A DNA stretch of 64,000 bases. Origin: Candidatus Marivariicella framensis (GTDB lineage: Bacteria > Bacteroidota > Bacteroidia > Flavobacteriales > Flavobacteriaceae). The position numbers and the translations under genes were made by a program. Positions 26,550-37,666 of the stretch are shown here, in pieces. The stretch lies in assembly GCA_905182735.1 (NCBI GenBank), contig CAJJCT010000002.1, positions 9,267-73,266 of the forward strand, in the 5' to 3' direction. Every line of letters begins with the position of its first letter. The first letter of the stretch is position 1. The notes beneath the pieces are model-generated. The model saw only the letters and a list, made by a program, of their open reading frames with translations. It did no database searches and was not told where the DNA came from.

Positions 26550-27509
26550 ATGGCAATTATAGTATATGCAGAAAGTCAAAACGGAAAATTTAAAAAAAGT
26601 GCATTTGAAGCAGTATCATATGGCCGTGCTTTAGCAAATGAATCGAATAAGAACCTAGTGGTAATCTCAATTAACGCAGACGACCCAAATGAATTAGCAA
26701 ATTATGGACCAGATAAGGTTTTATCAGTAAAAGATTCTTCAATGAATGATTATACGGCTCAAGTATATGCAGACACTATTTCAGAGCTCTCAAAAAAAGA
26801 GGGAGTGTCTATTTTAGTCCTCAGCTCTTCAGCGGACTCAAAATATATGTCGCCTTTATTGGCAGTTCAACTTGGAGCTGGCCTAGCGTCAAATGTTGTC
26901 TCTACTCCAATAAGCATTTCTCCTTTGGTCGTTAAACGATCTTGTTTTACAAACAAAGCTTTTAATCATACTACGTTAAAAGGATCTATAAATATTATTT
27001 GCGTATCTAATAATTCATATGGTATTCACGAAAAAGAGTCACGTCCTGAAGTAGTTGATGTAAAGATTTCTAAAAACAATCCTAAAATTAAAGTTGAATC
27101 TTTGGATAAAGCAACTGGGTCTGTGAGTATTGCTGATGCAGATATTGTCATTTCTGGAGGAAGAGGATTGAAAGGGCCAGAAAACTGGCACCTTATAGAA
27201 GACCTAGCATCAACATTAGGCGCTGCAACAGCTTGCTCTAAGCCAGTCTCTGACATGGGATGGAGACCTCATAGTGAACATGTTGGTCAAACTGGAAAAC
27301 CGGTAGCTTCTAATTTATATATTGCAATTGGAGTTTCAGGAGCAATTCAACATTTAGCTGGGATCAACGCCTCTAAAGTTAAAGTAGTGATTAACAATGA
27401 CCCTGAAGCCCCCTTCTTTAAAGCAGCTGATTATGGAATAGTAGCTGATGCATTTGATGTAGTTCCAAAACTAATAGAAAAGCTCAAAGCTTTTAAAAGT
27501 CATCAATAA
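26550..27509 (+). CDS. etfA: electron transfer flavoprotein alpha subunit
   Basis: The C-terminal FAD-binding blocks ADIVISGGRGL, QTGKPVASNLYIAIGVSGAIQHLAG and VVINNDPEAPFF. Confidence 0.85.
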   Translation: MAIIVYAESQNGKFKKSAFEAVSYGRALANESNKNLVVISINADDPNELANYGPDKVLSVKDSSMNDYTAQVYADTISELSKKEGVSILVLSSSADSKYMSPLLAVQLGAGLASNVVSTPISISPLVVKRSCFTNKAFNHTTLKGSINIICVSNNSYGIHEKESRPEVVDVKISKNNPKIKVESLDKATGSVSIADADIVISGGRGLKGPENWHLIEDLASTLGAATACSKPVSDMGWRPHSEHVGQTGKPVASNLYIAIGVSGAIQHLAGINASKVKVVINNDPEAPFFKAADYGIVADAFDVVPKLIEKLKAFKSHQ

Positions 27510-27714
27510 AAAAAATTAAATAAAGTAGGCTCATTGACCTGCTAAATTAGAGTTACTTAAAGTCGAGTTGAGCTAATGGTTGCCTGCTGTGCTTTTGTCC
27601 TTAAATAATTATAATAAAACATAAGACACTTCCTTTCAATTTTAAGTTACACAAAAGTGTTGTGACAGTATCATTTCTCTTATCAATATTATAAATTTCT
27701 AGTTAAAACTAAAA

Positions 27715-28983
27715 CTACTTAACTATCTTTTTAAGAGTCAATCCTTGAACTAAAATAGTAAACAAAACTACCATATAAGTTAGAAATAATATAAGATTTT
27801 TCCCTTCACCTATTTCATTAGGGAGGTTTAGAGCTAAAGCAATGCTTAGGCCACCTCTGAGTCCTCCCCAAGTAATGATCATTGCAGTATTTTTCTCAAA
27901 ACTTTTAAAATATGAAAGAAATTTAATTGGTGTCCAAACACCAATACCACGAGAAACAACTACGATAGCTATAGTTAATATAGAAATCATAAAATAGCTT
28001 GAATCAAAATTTTGAAATATTGGAATTATTTCAAGTCCAATTAAAATAAATAAAATTGCATTAAGGGTTTCATCCAACAAGTGCCAAAATTTATAGACGT
28101 ATCCACCCATTGCTTTCTGAACTCCAGCTTCTTTTTTATCAGTATCAACATTTCTGTTTAAGAATAGCCCCATAACAACAACCCCTAGGACACCTGAAAC
28201 ATGAAATTGTTGAGATACAATTGAAACCAACAACACAAGGGAAAGGGTAATTAACACTTCAAGTTCAACATGTTCGTTCTCAATATATTTAACAAGCTTA
28301 AGACCTAAGTAACCAATTAAAGCTCCTAAAGCAACCCCACCAATAACCTCAGTTGCAAATAATTCACTTACAGATCCTATTGATATATTATCAATCCCTT
28401 GTTTCCTTATTTTAAAGAGCGTAAGAAAAATAACGACACCAATGCCATCATTAAAAAGGGACTCACCAGCAATACGTGTTTCTGTAGTTAACGATAAGTT
28501 CATTTTCTTTACCATTGCTAGAACAGCAATTGGATCTGTAGGGGCTATTAATGCTCCAAACAATAAACAGTCAATATAGCTTAAGCCCAATTCGTTTAGT
28601 CCAAAAAAAGGCTGTTCTACAAGCCAGAAAACACCTGAACCCACAGCAAATGTTGAAAAAATAACACCAAAAGTTGCAAGTAAAAGTATAGTTACTTTAT
28701 CTTTTAATAATTCATGAACATCAACACTAATAGCTCCAGCAAAAAGTAAAAAAGGAAGCATTACATCAATTAAGAGTATTTCAAAATCATAACTTTTAAT
28801 CAAAGTTGTTACAGTTTCTAAAAAACTAGGAGAAATAAGGCCAATTGCTAACACGCTAATTGATAGTCCGATCGCAAGAATCATTAAGCCTATTGTTTGC
28901 GGAAGCTTTAGAAGTCTTAGATTAATAATTGAAAAAATTGATGCTAGTAAAAGAAGAATTGTGGTGAGCTCAAGAATATTCAT
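27715..28983 (-). CDS. Na+/H+ antiporter (CPA1, NhaP-type)
   Basis: 422 aa and polytopic. GALIAPTDPIAV and GESLFNDGIGVVIF are CPA1 hallmarks. Confidence 0.8.
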   Translation of the reverse strand: MNILELTTILLLLASIFSIINLRLLKLPQTIGLMILAIGLSISVLAIGLISPSFLETVTTLIKSYDFEILLIDVMLPFLLFAGAISVDVHELLKDKVTILLLATFGVIFSTFAVGSGVFWLVEQPFFGLNELGLSYIDCLLFGALIAPTDPIAVLAMVKKMNLSLTTETRIAGESLFNDGIGVVIFLTLFKIRKQGIDNISIGSVSELFATEVIGGVALGALIGYLGLKLVKYIENEHVELEVLITLSLVLLVSIVSQQFHVSGVLGVVVMGLFLNRNVDTDKKEAGVQKAMGGYVYKFWHLLDETLNAILFILIGLEIIPIFQNFDSSYFMISILTIAIVVVSRGIGVWTPIKFLSYFKSFEKNTAMIITWGGLRGGLSIALALNLPNEIGEGKNLILFLTYMVVLFTILVQGLTLKKIVK

Positions 28984-29011
28984 AATATATTAGATTAGTT
29001 AACGGATATTT

Positions 29012-29602
29012 TTATTTATTCAAATCAAGTATTTTCGCAATATACTTGCCTAAAACATCAAACTCTAAGTTAACAATTTCTCCTTTAACTAGCTTATGAA
29101 AGTTTGTGTTTTGATAAGTATATGGAATAATTGCAACTGAAAAACTGTTTTTATTAGAATTTATAACCGTTAAACTAACACCATTGACCGTTATAGATCC
29201 TTTTTCAATTGTAATATTTTTTTGATCAGAATCAAATTCAAAACTAAAGACCCAACTTCCATCATGATTTTCTATTGAAGTGCAGGTACCAGTCTGATCA
29301 ACATGCCCTTGAACAATGTGTCCATCAAGCCTACCGTTCATTTTCATTGAACGTTCAAGATTTACAAAGTCTCCTGCTTTTAAGTTTTTCAAATTAGTTT
29401 TAAGTATCGTTTCATTTATAGCAGTAACGGAATAACTATTTTCAGAAACGTTAACTATCGTTAAACACACTCCATTATGGGAAAGACTTTGATCAATTTT
29501 TAATTCATTTGCTAATGAGCTTTTAACATTAAAATTAATATTTGTTTCACTTTTGTTAACTGATTTTATCTCACCAAGACTCTCTATAATCCCTGTAAAC
29601 AT
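29012..29602 (-). CDS. ribE: riboflavin synthase alpha chain
   Basis: MFTGIIESLGEI start, a duplicated lumazine-binding repeat (GVCLTIV / GVSLTVI) and 196 aa. Confidence 0.85.
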   Translation of the reverse strand: MFTGIIESLGEIKSVNKSETNINFNVKSSLANELKIDQSLSHNGVCLTIVNVSENSYSVTAINETILKTNLKNLKAGDFVNLERSMKMNGRLDGHIVQGHVDQTGTCTSIENHDGSWVFSFEFDSDQKNITIEKGSITVNGVSLTVINSNKNSFSVAIIPYTYQNTNFHKLVKGEIVNLEFDVLGKYIAKILDLNK

Positions 29603-29667
29603 GACGATTAAATTTATTTACCTTTGAGGGTAAAAATAGTTAATTCAAAGAGAACTAATAACAGTCA

Positions 29668-30663
29668 ATGGATAAAATAAAAACAGGTTTATCAATTGGA
29701 GATCCAAACGGAGTTGGGCTGGAGATAATTCTTTCAGTATTTGAAGACAAAAGTTTGTATGAATTTATAATCCCGATTCTTTATGCACCTAGAAGCATAG
29801 TTGACTTTCAAATTGAACATTTTAATAAAGAAATCAAATTAAATTATATTAATAATACTCAAGACATAAAAGAAGAAGTTCTAAACGTAGTTGAAACTTC
29901 TCAATATGATTATAAGGTTAATTTTGGATTTCAATGTAAAAAAGCTGGCGCTGTTTCAGTTGAGTCTTTAACTAGATGTATAAAAGCAATTAAAGTGGGA
30001 GTTATAGACACCCTAGTTACTGCCCCCATAAATAAAAAATCTATCCAGTCAGAAAATTTTAAATTTCCTGGTCATACTGATTATTTAAATGAAAATTTTA
30101 AAGGAAATTCATTAATGTTCATGGTTGCTAATGATCTAAGAGTTGCACTTGTCACCGATCATATTCCAATAAATAAAGTTTCTGCAATGATTTCGAGAGA
30201 ACATCTAATTTCTAAAACTAATCAAGTTTTATTAAGTTTAAAAGATGATTTTGGAATTCTAAAACCTAAAATCGCATTTTTAGGCTTGAACCCTCATAGT
30301 GGAGATGGGGGAGTTATTGGCAATGAAGATGATTGCATCATCAAACCCACTATTTCTGAAATTAATAAAAATCAAACCAAAGCATATGGGCCATTTGCCT
30401 CAGACAGCTTCTTTGCCTCTGAAAAACATAAAGAATATGACGCTATTATTGCAATGTATCATGACCAAGGCCTTATCCCTTTCAAAATGTTATCCTTTGG
30501 AAATGGAGTGAATTTTACAGCAGGTCTAAATTTAATTCGAACATCTCCAGACCATGGAACAGCGTTTGATATTGCCGGAAAAGGAATTGCAAACCCAAAC
30601 TCTTTTAAAGCAGCAATATTAGAATCCATTAGAATTTTTAAATATAGACACCAATTAAAGTGA
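29668..30663 (+). CDS. pdxA: 4-hydroxythreonine-4-phosphate dehydrogenase
   Basis: GDPNGVGLEI, FPGHTDYL, MYHDQGLIPFK and RTSPDHGTAFDIAGKG. Confidence 0.85.
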   Translation: MDKIKTGLSIGDPNGVGLEIILSVFEDKSLYEFIIPILYAPRSIVDFQIEHFNKEIKLNYINNTQDIKEEVLNVVETSQYDYKVNFGFQCKKAGAVSVESLTRCIKAIKVGVIDTLVTAPINKKSIQSENFKFPGHTDYLNENFKGNSLMFMVANDLRVALVTDHIPINKVSAMISREHLISKTNQVLLSLKDDFGILKPKIAFLGLNPHSGDGGVIGNEDDCIIKPTISEINKNQTKAYGPFASDSFFASEKHKEYDAIIAMYHDQGLIPFKMLSFGNGVNFTAGLNLIRTSPDHGTAFDIAGKGIANPNSFKAAILESIRIFKYRHQLK

Positions 30664-30739
30664 TTTAATCTAATAAATAAAACAAAAGTCAAGTTTGTAA
30701 AAAAAAAATTCTAAATTTGCGAGCTTAAATGTTAATATA

Positions 30740-31261
30740 ATGGGTGGTTTAAATCCTTTTGTAATTAAATTTGCGGGTTTAAAAGAAGGAAGTCACAAAT
30801 TTAATTTTAAGATTGACACTAAGTTCTTTGAAGGTTTTGATTATTTTGATTTTAAAAGCGCTGAGTTAGAAACTAAACTTGAACTTGAAAAACAAGAAAC
30901 AATTCTAAACTTGATGTTTAAAACAAAAGGTGACATTTTAGTTCCATGTGATTTATCCATGGAAAATTTTAAAATGCCTGTTTTAACTAATTTTAGTTTA
31001 ACTATTAAATTTGGAGAAATATATTGTGATGAAAGTGATGAAATTTTAATTTTACCTCATGGCAGTCATCAAATAGACATCTCTCAATACATATATGAAA
31101 TGGTTGTTCTTTCAGTTCCACTTAAAAAAATCCATCCTGGAATAAAAGATGGATCGTTAAATTCAGATATCTTAGAAAGATTAAAGTTATTACAGCCCAA
31201 AGAAAAAGAGACACCATCGGAATATGATTCTCGATGGGACAAATTGAAAGATTTATTATAA
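30740..31261 (+). CDS. YceD/DUF177 family protein
   Basis: 173 aa, immediately upstream of rpmF (the conserved yceD-rpmF pairing), with an acidic C-terminal region. Confidence 0.65.
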   Translation: MGGLNPFVIKFAGLKEGSHKFNFKIDTKFFEGFDYFDFKSAELETKLELEKQETILNLMFKTKGDILVPCDLSMENFKMPVLTNFSLTIKFGEIYCDESDEILILPHGSHQIDISQYIYEMVVLSVPLKKIHPGIKDGSLNSDILERLKLLQPKEKETPSEYDSRWDKLKDLL

Positions 31262-31274
31262 AAACTAGCATAAA

Positions 31275-31472
31275 ATGGCGCATCCTAAAAGAAAAATATC
31301 AAAAACAAGAAGAGACAAACGACGCACACACTACAAAGCTTCAGACAAGCAAATAGCCACCTGTAAAACCACAGGAGAAAATCATCTGTACCATCGTGCT
31401 CACTGGCATGAAGGAAAACTATATTATAGAGGAAAGGTATTAGTAGACAATACTGAATCTGCAGAAGCTTAG
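31275..31472 (+). CDS. rpmF: 50S ribosomal protein L32
   Basis: [20 protein letters not shown]-terminus, 65 aa. Confidence 0.9.
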   Translation: MAHPKRKISKTRRDKRRTHYKASDKQIATCKTTGENHLYHRAHWHEGKLYYRGKVLVDNTESAEA

Positions 31473-31577
31473 AAGTTTTTTCCATAATTATTATCTTTAT
31501 CACTAGAGTTTTTTCGATATTTTTTTAATAAAAAAAATCATACCTTCACTCAATACTCAAGCTAGAATAGCCGCCGA

Positions 31578-32588
31578 ATGACGAAATCAAACACAACCAT
31601 AAGTGCTTCTATAACAGCTATAGGAGGATATGTTCCAGAGGATCGACTTACAAATAAAGATCTGGAGTTAATTGTTGAAACAAACGATGACTGGATTCAA
31701 AGCAGAACAGGAATAAAAGAAAGAAGAATTCTTAAAGACCCTAAAAAAGCAACCTCCTTTCTAGCGATTCAGGCCTCTAAAAACCTTATTTTAAAAAATA
31801 ATATTGACCCTTTAACCATTGACATGGTTATAGTTGCTACCACAACTCCTGATATGCAAATTGCTGCTACCGCAGCATATGTTGCAACTCAAATAGGGAG
31901 TAATAATGCGTTTGGGTACGATCTTCAAGCTGCTTGTTCCGGATTTTTATACGCAATGTCAATGGCTGCAGGTAAAGTAGAATCAGGACGATACAAAAAG
32001 GTTCTTGTGATTGGTGCAGACAAGATGTCTTCTGTGATTGACTATAAGGATAGAAGTACTTGCATCTTATTTGGGGACGGAGCTGGAGCTGTTTTATTTG
32101 AGCCAAACAATGAAGGATTAGGTTGGCAAGATGAGTATTTCAAAAGTGATGGTGCTGGAAGAGATGCGCTATGTGTTAAAGCTGGCGGGTCCTTATTTCC
32201 AGCAAGTTCAACAACAATTTTGAATGGAGATCATTATCTTCGTCAAGATGGAGGTAAAGTATTTAAATCAGCAGTGTCTGCTATGTCAGAGGCAAGTAAC
32301 ACAATATTAGAAAGAAATAATATGACAGGAGATGAAGTTGATTACCTGTTAGCACACCAAGCAAATGAGAGAATTATAGAGGCAATCTCAAAAATAATGA
32401 AATTAAACTCAAACAAAGTACTTAAAAATATTGCCAAATATGGCAACACAACTGCTGCAACTATTCCTCTTTTACTATATGATTTTCAAAACCAATTTAA
32501 AAAAGGAGACAAAATTATTTTTGCCGCCTTTGGTGGCGGATATACTTGGGGAGCAGCATACTATAAATGGAATAAATTAGTAAAATAA
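31578..32588 (+). CDS. fabH: 3-oxoacyl-ACP synthase III
   Basis: The active-site context AACSGF, HQANERII and GNTTAATIP (Cys-His-Asn triad). Confidence 0.9.
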   Translation: MTKSNTTISASITAIGGYVPEDRLTNKDLELIVETNDDWIQSRTGIKERRILKDPKKATSFLAIQASKNLILKNNIDPLTIDMVIVATTTPDMQIAATAAYVATQIGSNNAFGYDLQAACSGFLYAMSMAAGKVESGRYKKVLVIGADKMSSVIDYKDRSTCILFGDGAGAVLFEPNNEGLGWQDEYFKSDGAGRDALCVKAGGSLFPASSTTILNGDHYLRQDGGKVFKSAVSAMSEASNTILERNNMTGDEVDYLLAHQANERIIEAISKIMKLNSNKVLKNIAKYGNTTAATIPLLLYDFQNQFKKGDKIIFAAFGGGYTWGAAYYKWNKLVK

Positions 32589-32599
32589 TAAATTTAAAT

Positions 32600-33070
32600 A
32601 TGGATATTAAAGAAATTCAGAATCTAATCAAATTTGTAGCGAAGTCAGGAGCTTATGAAGTTGAAATTGAGAAGAAAGATTTTAAGATCACAATAAAAAC
32701 TTCTAGTAATTCATCAACTACAATTAAATCATTACCTGTTGCACAAACTCTTTCAAATGAGCAAAATAGTCATGTTATTTCTAATCAAGAGGACAATAAC
32801 GATTACCAAACAGAAAATGAAGATGATAAATACACTGTTATAAAATCTCCAATTATTGGAACTTTTTTCAGAAAATCAGGACCAGACAAGCCAGTTTTTC
32901 TTGACGTTGGAAGCGAGGTTAAAAAGGGAGAAACGATGTGTGTGATTGAGGCAATGAAGCTTTTCAATGAAATTGAATCAGAGATGAATTGTAAAATCAT
33001 TAAAATTTTAGTAGAAGATGAAACTCCTGTAGAATTTGACCAACCACTTTTTTTAGTTGACCCTTCTTAA
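32600..33070 (+). CDS. accB: acetyl-CoA carboxylase biotin carboxyl carrier protein
   Basis: Biotinylation motif [13 protein letters not shown] near the C-terminus, 156 aa. Confidence 0.9.
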   Translation: MDIKEIQNLIKFVAKSGAYEVEIEKKDFKITIKTSSNSSTTIKSLPVAQTLSNEQNSHVISNQEDNNDYQTENEDDKYTVIKSPIIGTFFRKSGPDKPVFLDVGSEVKKGETMCVIEAMKLFNEIESEMNCKIIKILVEDETPVEFDQPLFLVDPS

Positions 33071-33081
33071 CATTTAATAGA

Positions 33082-34416
33082 ATGTTTAAAAAAATACTCA
33101 TAGCGAATAGAGGAGAAATTGCAATGCGAATTATCCGAACCTGTAAAGAGATGGGGATAAAAACTGTAGCCGTTTACTCAACAGCAGATAAAGAAAGTTT
33201 ACACGTTCGTTTTGCTGACGAAGCCGTATGTATTGGTCCGGCACAAAGCGCAGAATCTTATTTAAAACCCGCTAATATTATTGCAGCTGCAGAAATAACT
33301 AATGCAGATGCAATTCACCCTGGTTATGGTTTTTTGTCTGAAAATGCAAAATTTTCAAAAATTTGTGAAGAGCATAATATTAAATTTATTGGAGCATCAG
33401 CTGAGATGATTGATCAAATGGGAGACAAGGCCTCTGCTAAGGAAACAATGAAAAAGGCTAAAGTTCCAACAATACCAGGCTCTGAGGGTTTATTAGATTC
33501 ATTAGAAGAAGCAAAAGCTCTTGCGAAAAAAATGGGCTATCCAGTTATGTTGAAAGCAACTGCAGGAGGAGGGGGTAAAGGAATGAGAGCAGTTTGGTCT
33601 TCTGATGAAATAGAAAAATCATGGGAAAGTGCAAGAACAGAGTCTCTAGCTGCTTTTGGAAATGATTTTATGTATCTGGAAAAACTTATTGAGGATCCTC
33701 GGCATATAGAAATACAAATTATAGGAGATTCATTCGGAAAGGCGTGTCATTTATCTGAGAGAGACTGTTCAATTCAAAGGAGGCATCAAAAATTAACAGA
33801 AGAGACTCCATCTCCATTTATGACTGAAAAACTCAGAAATTTAATGGGAAAAGCTGCAATTAAAGCAGCAGAGTTTATTAAATATGAAGGAGCAGGAACA
33901 GTTGAGTTTCTTGTAGATAAGAACAGAAATTTTTATTTTATGGAAATGAACACTCGGATTCAAGTTGAGCATCCAATAACGGAACAAGTAATTGATTTTG
34001 ACTTAATCCGAGAACAAATAAAGGTTGCTTATGGAATTCCTATTTCTGGAAAAAACTATATTCCTAAAATGCATTCAATTGAATGTAGGATAAATGCTGA
34101 AGATCCAGAAAATGATTTTAGACCATGTCCTGGTAAAATAGAAACACTTCACTTTCCTGGTGGTCACGGAGTTAGAATTGACACTCATGTATATAGCGGT
34201 TACACAATACCTTCCTATTATGACTCAATGATTGCTAAATTAATTACAACAGCTCAGACTCGAGAAGAAGCGATTAATAAAATGAAAAGAGCGTTGGATG
34301 AATTTTTAATCGAAGGAATTAAAACTACCATTCCTTTCCACAGAAAATTAATGGATCATCCTGATTTTGTTTCAGGAAATTATACAACAAAGTTTATGGA
34401 AAATTATTTAGACTAG
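33082..34416 (+). CDS. accC: acetyl-CoA carboxylase biotin carboxylase subunit
   Basis: [45 protein letters not shown]; 444 aa. Confidence 0.95.
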   Translation: MFKKILIANRGEIAMRIIRTCKEMGIKTVAVYSTADKESLHVRFADEAVCIGPAQSAESYLKPANIIAAAEITNADAIHPGYGFLSENAKFSKICEEHNIKFIGASAEMIDQMGDKASAKETMKKAKVPTIPGSEGLLDSLEEAKALAKKMGYPVMLKATAGGGGKGMRAVWSSDEIEKSWESARTESLAAFGNDFMYLEKLIEDPRHIEIQIIGDSFGKACHLSERDCSIQRRHQKLTEETPSPFMTEKLRNLMGKAAIKAAEFIKYEGAGTVEFLVDKNRNFYFMEMNTRIQVEHPITEQVIDFDLIREQIKVAYGIPISGKNYIPKMHSIECRINAEDPENDFRPCPGKIETLHFPGGHGVRIDTHVYSGYTIPSYYDSMIAKLITTAQTREEAINKMKRALDEFLIEGIKTTIPFHRKLMDHPDFVSGNYTTKFMENYLD

Positions 34417-35397
34417 TTCTTTTTCAATTAAAAATTCTGCTATTTGTATAGAGTTTGTTGCAGCTCCCTTTCTTAAATTATCTGATACTATCCATAAATT
34501 AAATGAATTTGGTTTAGAAAAATCTTTTCGGATTCTTCCAACATAAACATTATCACTTCCTTCTGAGTTAATAGGCATTGGATAAGAATTATTTTCAGGA
34601 CTATCTTTAATTACAAGCCCCTCACTATTATTCAGAACATTTTTAATTTCATCAACAGAAGCATTTTTTTTTAATGTAATATTAACTGACTCACTATGTC
34701 CACCAATAACAGGAATTCTAACGGCAGTTGCGGTAATACCTATTTTGTAATCATTTAATATTTTATGAGTTTCATTAACTAATTTCATTTCTTCTTTAGT
34801 GTATCCGTTCTCTTGAAAACTATCACAATGTGGAATAGCATTTTTATGAATGGGATGTGGATAAGCCATTTCTCCTTTTTTTCCATTGAGCTCATTTTCT
34901 AATTGCCGAACTGCCTTAACTCCAGTTCCTGTAATAGATTGGTATGTAGAAATAACCAACCTTTTAATGCCATAGTTGACATGAAGAGGAGCGATAGTTA
35001 TAAGTAACTGAATTGTTGAACAGTTTGGATTTGATATTATTTTATCTTTAGAAGCAAGAATATTAGCATTTATTTCTGGAATAATTAGTTTTTTTGAAGG
35101 GTCCATTCTCCATGTTGAAGAATTATCAATAACAGTACATCCTTTTTCTGCAAACATAGGTGCCCATTTAAGAGAAGTTTCTCTACCAGCAGAAAATAAC
35201 GCTATATTTGGAGCCAGATCAAGTGCTGATTTTAAAGAAATAACACTATGAGATTTATTATTATATATAATTTTTTTGCCTAAAGATTTTTCAGAGGCTA
35301 CTAAAATTAAATCACTGTGGGGAAATTTTCTTTCTGATAAAACCTGGAGCATGACTTTTCCAACTAATCCTGTTGCTCCAACTATAGCTAGCTTCAT
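34408..35397 (-). CDS. asd: aspartate-semialdehyde dehydrogenase
   Basis: [13 protein letters not shown], the active site NPNCSTIQL and 329 aa. Its 3' end overlaps the accC 3' end by 9 nt. Confidence 0.9.
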   Translation of the reverse strand: MKLAIVGATGLVGKVMLQVLSERKFPHSDLILVASEKSLGKKIIYNNKSHSVISLKSALDLAPNIALFSAGRETSLKWAPMFAEKGCTVIDNSSTWRMDPSKKLIIPEINANILASKDKIISNPNCSTIQLLITIAPLHVNYGIKRLVISTYQSITGTGVKAVRQLENELNGKKGEMAYPHPIHKNAIPHCDSFQENGYTKEEMKLVNETHKILNDYKIGITATAVRIPVIGGHSESVNITLKKNASVDEIKNVLNNSEGLVIKDSPENNSYPMPINSEGSDNVYVGRIRKDFSKPNSFNLWIVSDNLRKGAATNSIQIAEFLIEKELV

Positions 35398-35501
35398 ATA
35401 AAAAATTATAACTTCGAAATTACGTCAAAATAGTCTACATTAAAAATTACTTTATAGACGTAACAATTTAGTTGCCTGCAAGCATGAAAATAACAAACTG
35501 A

Positions 35502-35741
35502 ATAATTGGATTTACAAATGAGATTAAAACTATTAATAGGTTTCTATGGTGGAAGAATTACTTTGATGTTAAAGGAAGACATATTGAAGGTTATCAAGCC
35601 CAAGGAAATGGAGGTCAAATGGTATTCGTATTACCAGATTTTGATATGATAGTCTTTTTTACAGCAGAAAATTATAGCAATCCTAGAATGATAAATGCAT
35701 TTAAAATATTGAAACAAGATATTTTGCCCTCTTTATTCTAA
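35502..35741 (+). pseudogene. C-terminal relic of a beta-lactamase-related serine hydrolase (no start, about 79 codons)
   Basis: Open frame ..WWKNYFDVKGRHIEGYQAQGNGGQMVFVLPDFDMIVFFTAENYSNPRMINAFKILKQDILPSLF*. It resembles the G(H/W)GGQ...V.P..D.VVV.T..N C-terminal end of class-C-like serine hydrolases. A TGA lies immediately upstream at 35499 and there is no N-terminal catalytic domain. Confidence 0.45.
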
Positions 35742-35906
35742 AAAACATAAAGCCAATTTTGTTGTTAAAAAGCCAGCAGGCAAAACCGTGTATAATTAAT
35801 TGCTGGAAGATATTTAATGATCACCACGGAAAATCTGCCGAATTTCCTTTATGCTATTTCTTTTTGCTGTCTTAGTACCTACAGCAAATAACCATAAACG
35901 AATACG

Positions 35907-36989
35907 TTATAAATAATTACGAATTATTCTGTTGCCAATACTGGATAACAATTCATACGAAATTGAACCTCCTGATTCAGCAAATTCATTGGCAGGATGA
36001 AACGCATTAAAAATTACAACTTCATCCCCCTCTGAACAATCTATATCTGATATATTTACCATGAACATATCCATACATATATTACCAATAATTGGAGCTC
36101 TTTTATTTTTAATCCAAACACAAGTATTAGTATTTCCAAAATACCTACCTATTCCATCTGCATGACCAATAGGTATTGTTGCAATTGTAGTTTTTTCTTT
36201 TGCAACCCACCCATTATTATAACCTACTATTTGATTTTTTTTTAATTGATGAATTTGAATAATTTTTGTTTTAAGTTCAGCTGCAGGCAAAAGATTTTTG
36301 TCCCATTCTAAATTATTTGTATATCCATATAAAGAAATACCCGCTCTTACCCAATCATATTTACACTCAGGATAGTTCTGAATACCAGAACTGTTTAGAA
36401 GATGATATTTTATATCAGGATTAATTTTCCCAAATTCATTTTTAACCTTCTCAAAAGCTGCGATTTGATTATTTGTAAAATCATTATCCCTACTCTCTTC
36501 ACTTGAAGATAAGTGGGAGTATACCGATTCTATTTTAAAACAAGATTTTATCATCTCATTTTTAACCCAGCTTATTTCTTCAAAATCAAAACCTAACCTG
36601 TTTAACCCGGTATTAAACTTAAGATGAATAGAGAAATTATTAAGTTTTTGTTTTTTTAAACTGAAAGATAAATTTTGCCAAATTTTTTTTGAATAAACGG
36701 CTGGTTCTAAGTTATATTTTATAATATCAGTAAGGTCAAATGGATCAGGATAGAAAACAATAATATTAGATTTAACACCACTTTCACGAAGTATTTTTCC
36801 TTCATTTGATGAGGCAACAGCAAGTTTTTTAACGCCCAAACTATTTAAATGTTTAGATACTTTAATAGCTCCATGACCATAAGCATTTGCTTTTACAACA
36901 GCAATTAATTCAACTTTAGGAGAGATCTTGGATCTTAAAAATTTTAAATTATGAGATATTCTTTCAAGATATATATTTAGAGTTGTCAA
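35907..36989 (-). CDS. alr: alanine racemase
   Basis: The PLP-lysine motif VVKANAYGHG and 360 aa. It overlaps the tdk stop by 4 nt. Confidence 0.85.
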   Translation of the reverse strand: MTTLNIYLERISHNLKFLRSKISPKVELIAVVKANAYGHGAIKVSKHLNSLGVKKLAVASSNEGKILRESGVKSNIIVFYPDPFDLTDIIKYNLEPAVYSKKIWQNLSFSLKKQKLNNFSIHLKFNTGLNRLGFDFEEISWVKNEMIKSCFKIESVYSHLSSSEESRDNDFTNNQIAAFEKVKNEFGKINPDIKYHLLNSSGIQNYPECKYDWVRAGISLYGYTNNLEWDKNLLPAAELKTKIIQIHQLKKNQIVGYNNGWVAKEKTTIATIPIGHADGIGRYFGNTNTCVWIKNKRAPIIGNICMDMFMVNISDIDCSEGDEVVIFNAFHPANEFAESGGSISYELLSSIGNRIIRNYL

Positions 36990-37597
36990 TCTTTAGTTTT
37001 TTTATTAGTTCTTTCTTTCATTGTATTAAAAAAAACCCTCCTACTTAATGCTTCATATTTTTCTTTCTCACCAATAACAATTAAGTCATCATCTTCTTTT
37101 TCTTCTTCTTTTCTGAAGGTATATTGAGCAATATTTCCTGATTTACAGCAAATCGCATGTAATTTTGTTACATATTCAGCAATTGCCATTAAATTAGGCA
37201 TTGATCCAAAAGGATTACCCTTGAAATCCATATCTAAACCAGCAATAATAATTCTAAAACCTTTGTTTGCAAGTTTATTACAAACTTCAACTATTCCTTT
37301 GTCAAAAAATTGAGCTTCATCAATTGCTATAACATTAAAACCTTTAGTATAGTTTTTAATTTGATGAGATGATTTAACCACAACCGCTTTTAATTGATTT
37401 TTATTATGAGAAACAATCATATTATTATCATATCGATTATCAGTAAAAGGCTTAAAAACTATTACTTTTAATTTTGCAGCATGAGCTCTTTTTATTCTTC
37501 GAATTAATTCCTCAGTTTTCCCTGAAAACATAGATCCACAGATAACCTCAATACTTCCAAATTGTTCAGATGAGTTTGCAGTGTTTTCTAAAAACAT
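36986..37597 (-). CDS. tdk: thymidine kinase
   Basis: VICGSMFSGKTEELIRR P-loop, DEAQFF and the C-terminal zinc-ribbon region. Confidence 0.9.
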   Translation of the reverse strand: MFLENTANSSEQFGSIEVICGSMFSGKTEELIRRIKRAHAAKLKVIVFKPFTDNRYDNNMIVSHNKNQLKAVVVKSSHQIKNYTKGFNVIAIDEAQFFDKGIVEVCNKLANKGFRIIIAGLDMDFKGNPFGSMPNLMAIAEYVTKLHAICCKSGNIAQYTFRKEEEKEDDDLIVIGEKEKYEALSRRVFFNTMKERTNKKTKD

Positions 37598-37666
37598 TTT
37601 GTAATTTTCAAATTAGGAGAATTTAACTTCTTATTAAAAAAACAAAGGTATTAAAAAACAAGACTG

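Noticed and set aside
27510-27714. Possible structured ncRNA in the etfA/antiporter convergent spacer (GCTCA..TGAGC and GAC..GTC pairings around 27538-27574).
   Set aside because: The stems are short (5+3 bp) with large unpaired regions and no T-run. This is not distinguishable from chance pairing. Only the GC-rich motif at 27578-27596 was retained as a finding.
29603-29667. Looked for an FMN riboswitch upstream of ribE and for other riboswitches upstream of pdxA.
   Set aside because: The divergent spacer is only 65 nt, and an FMN element needs about 140 nt. It shows only a small TTTACC/GGTAAA hairpin and no conserved riboswitch core was seen.
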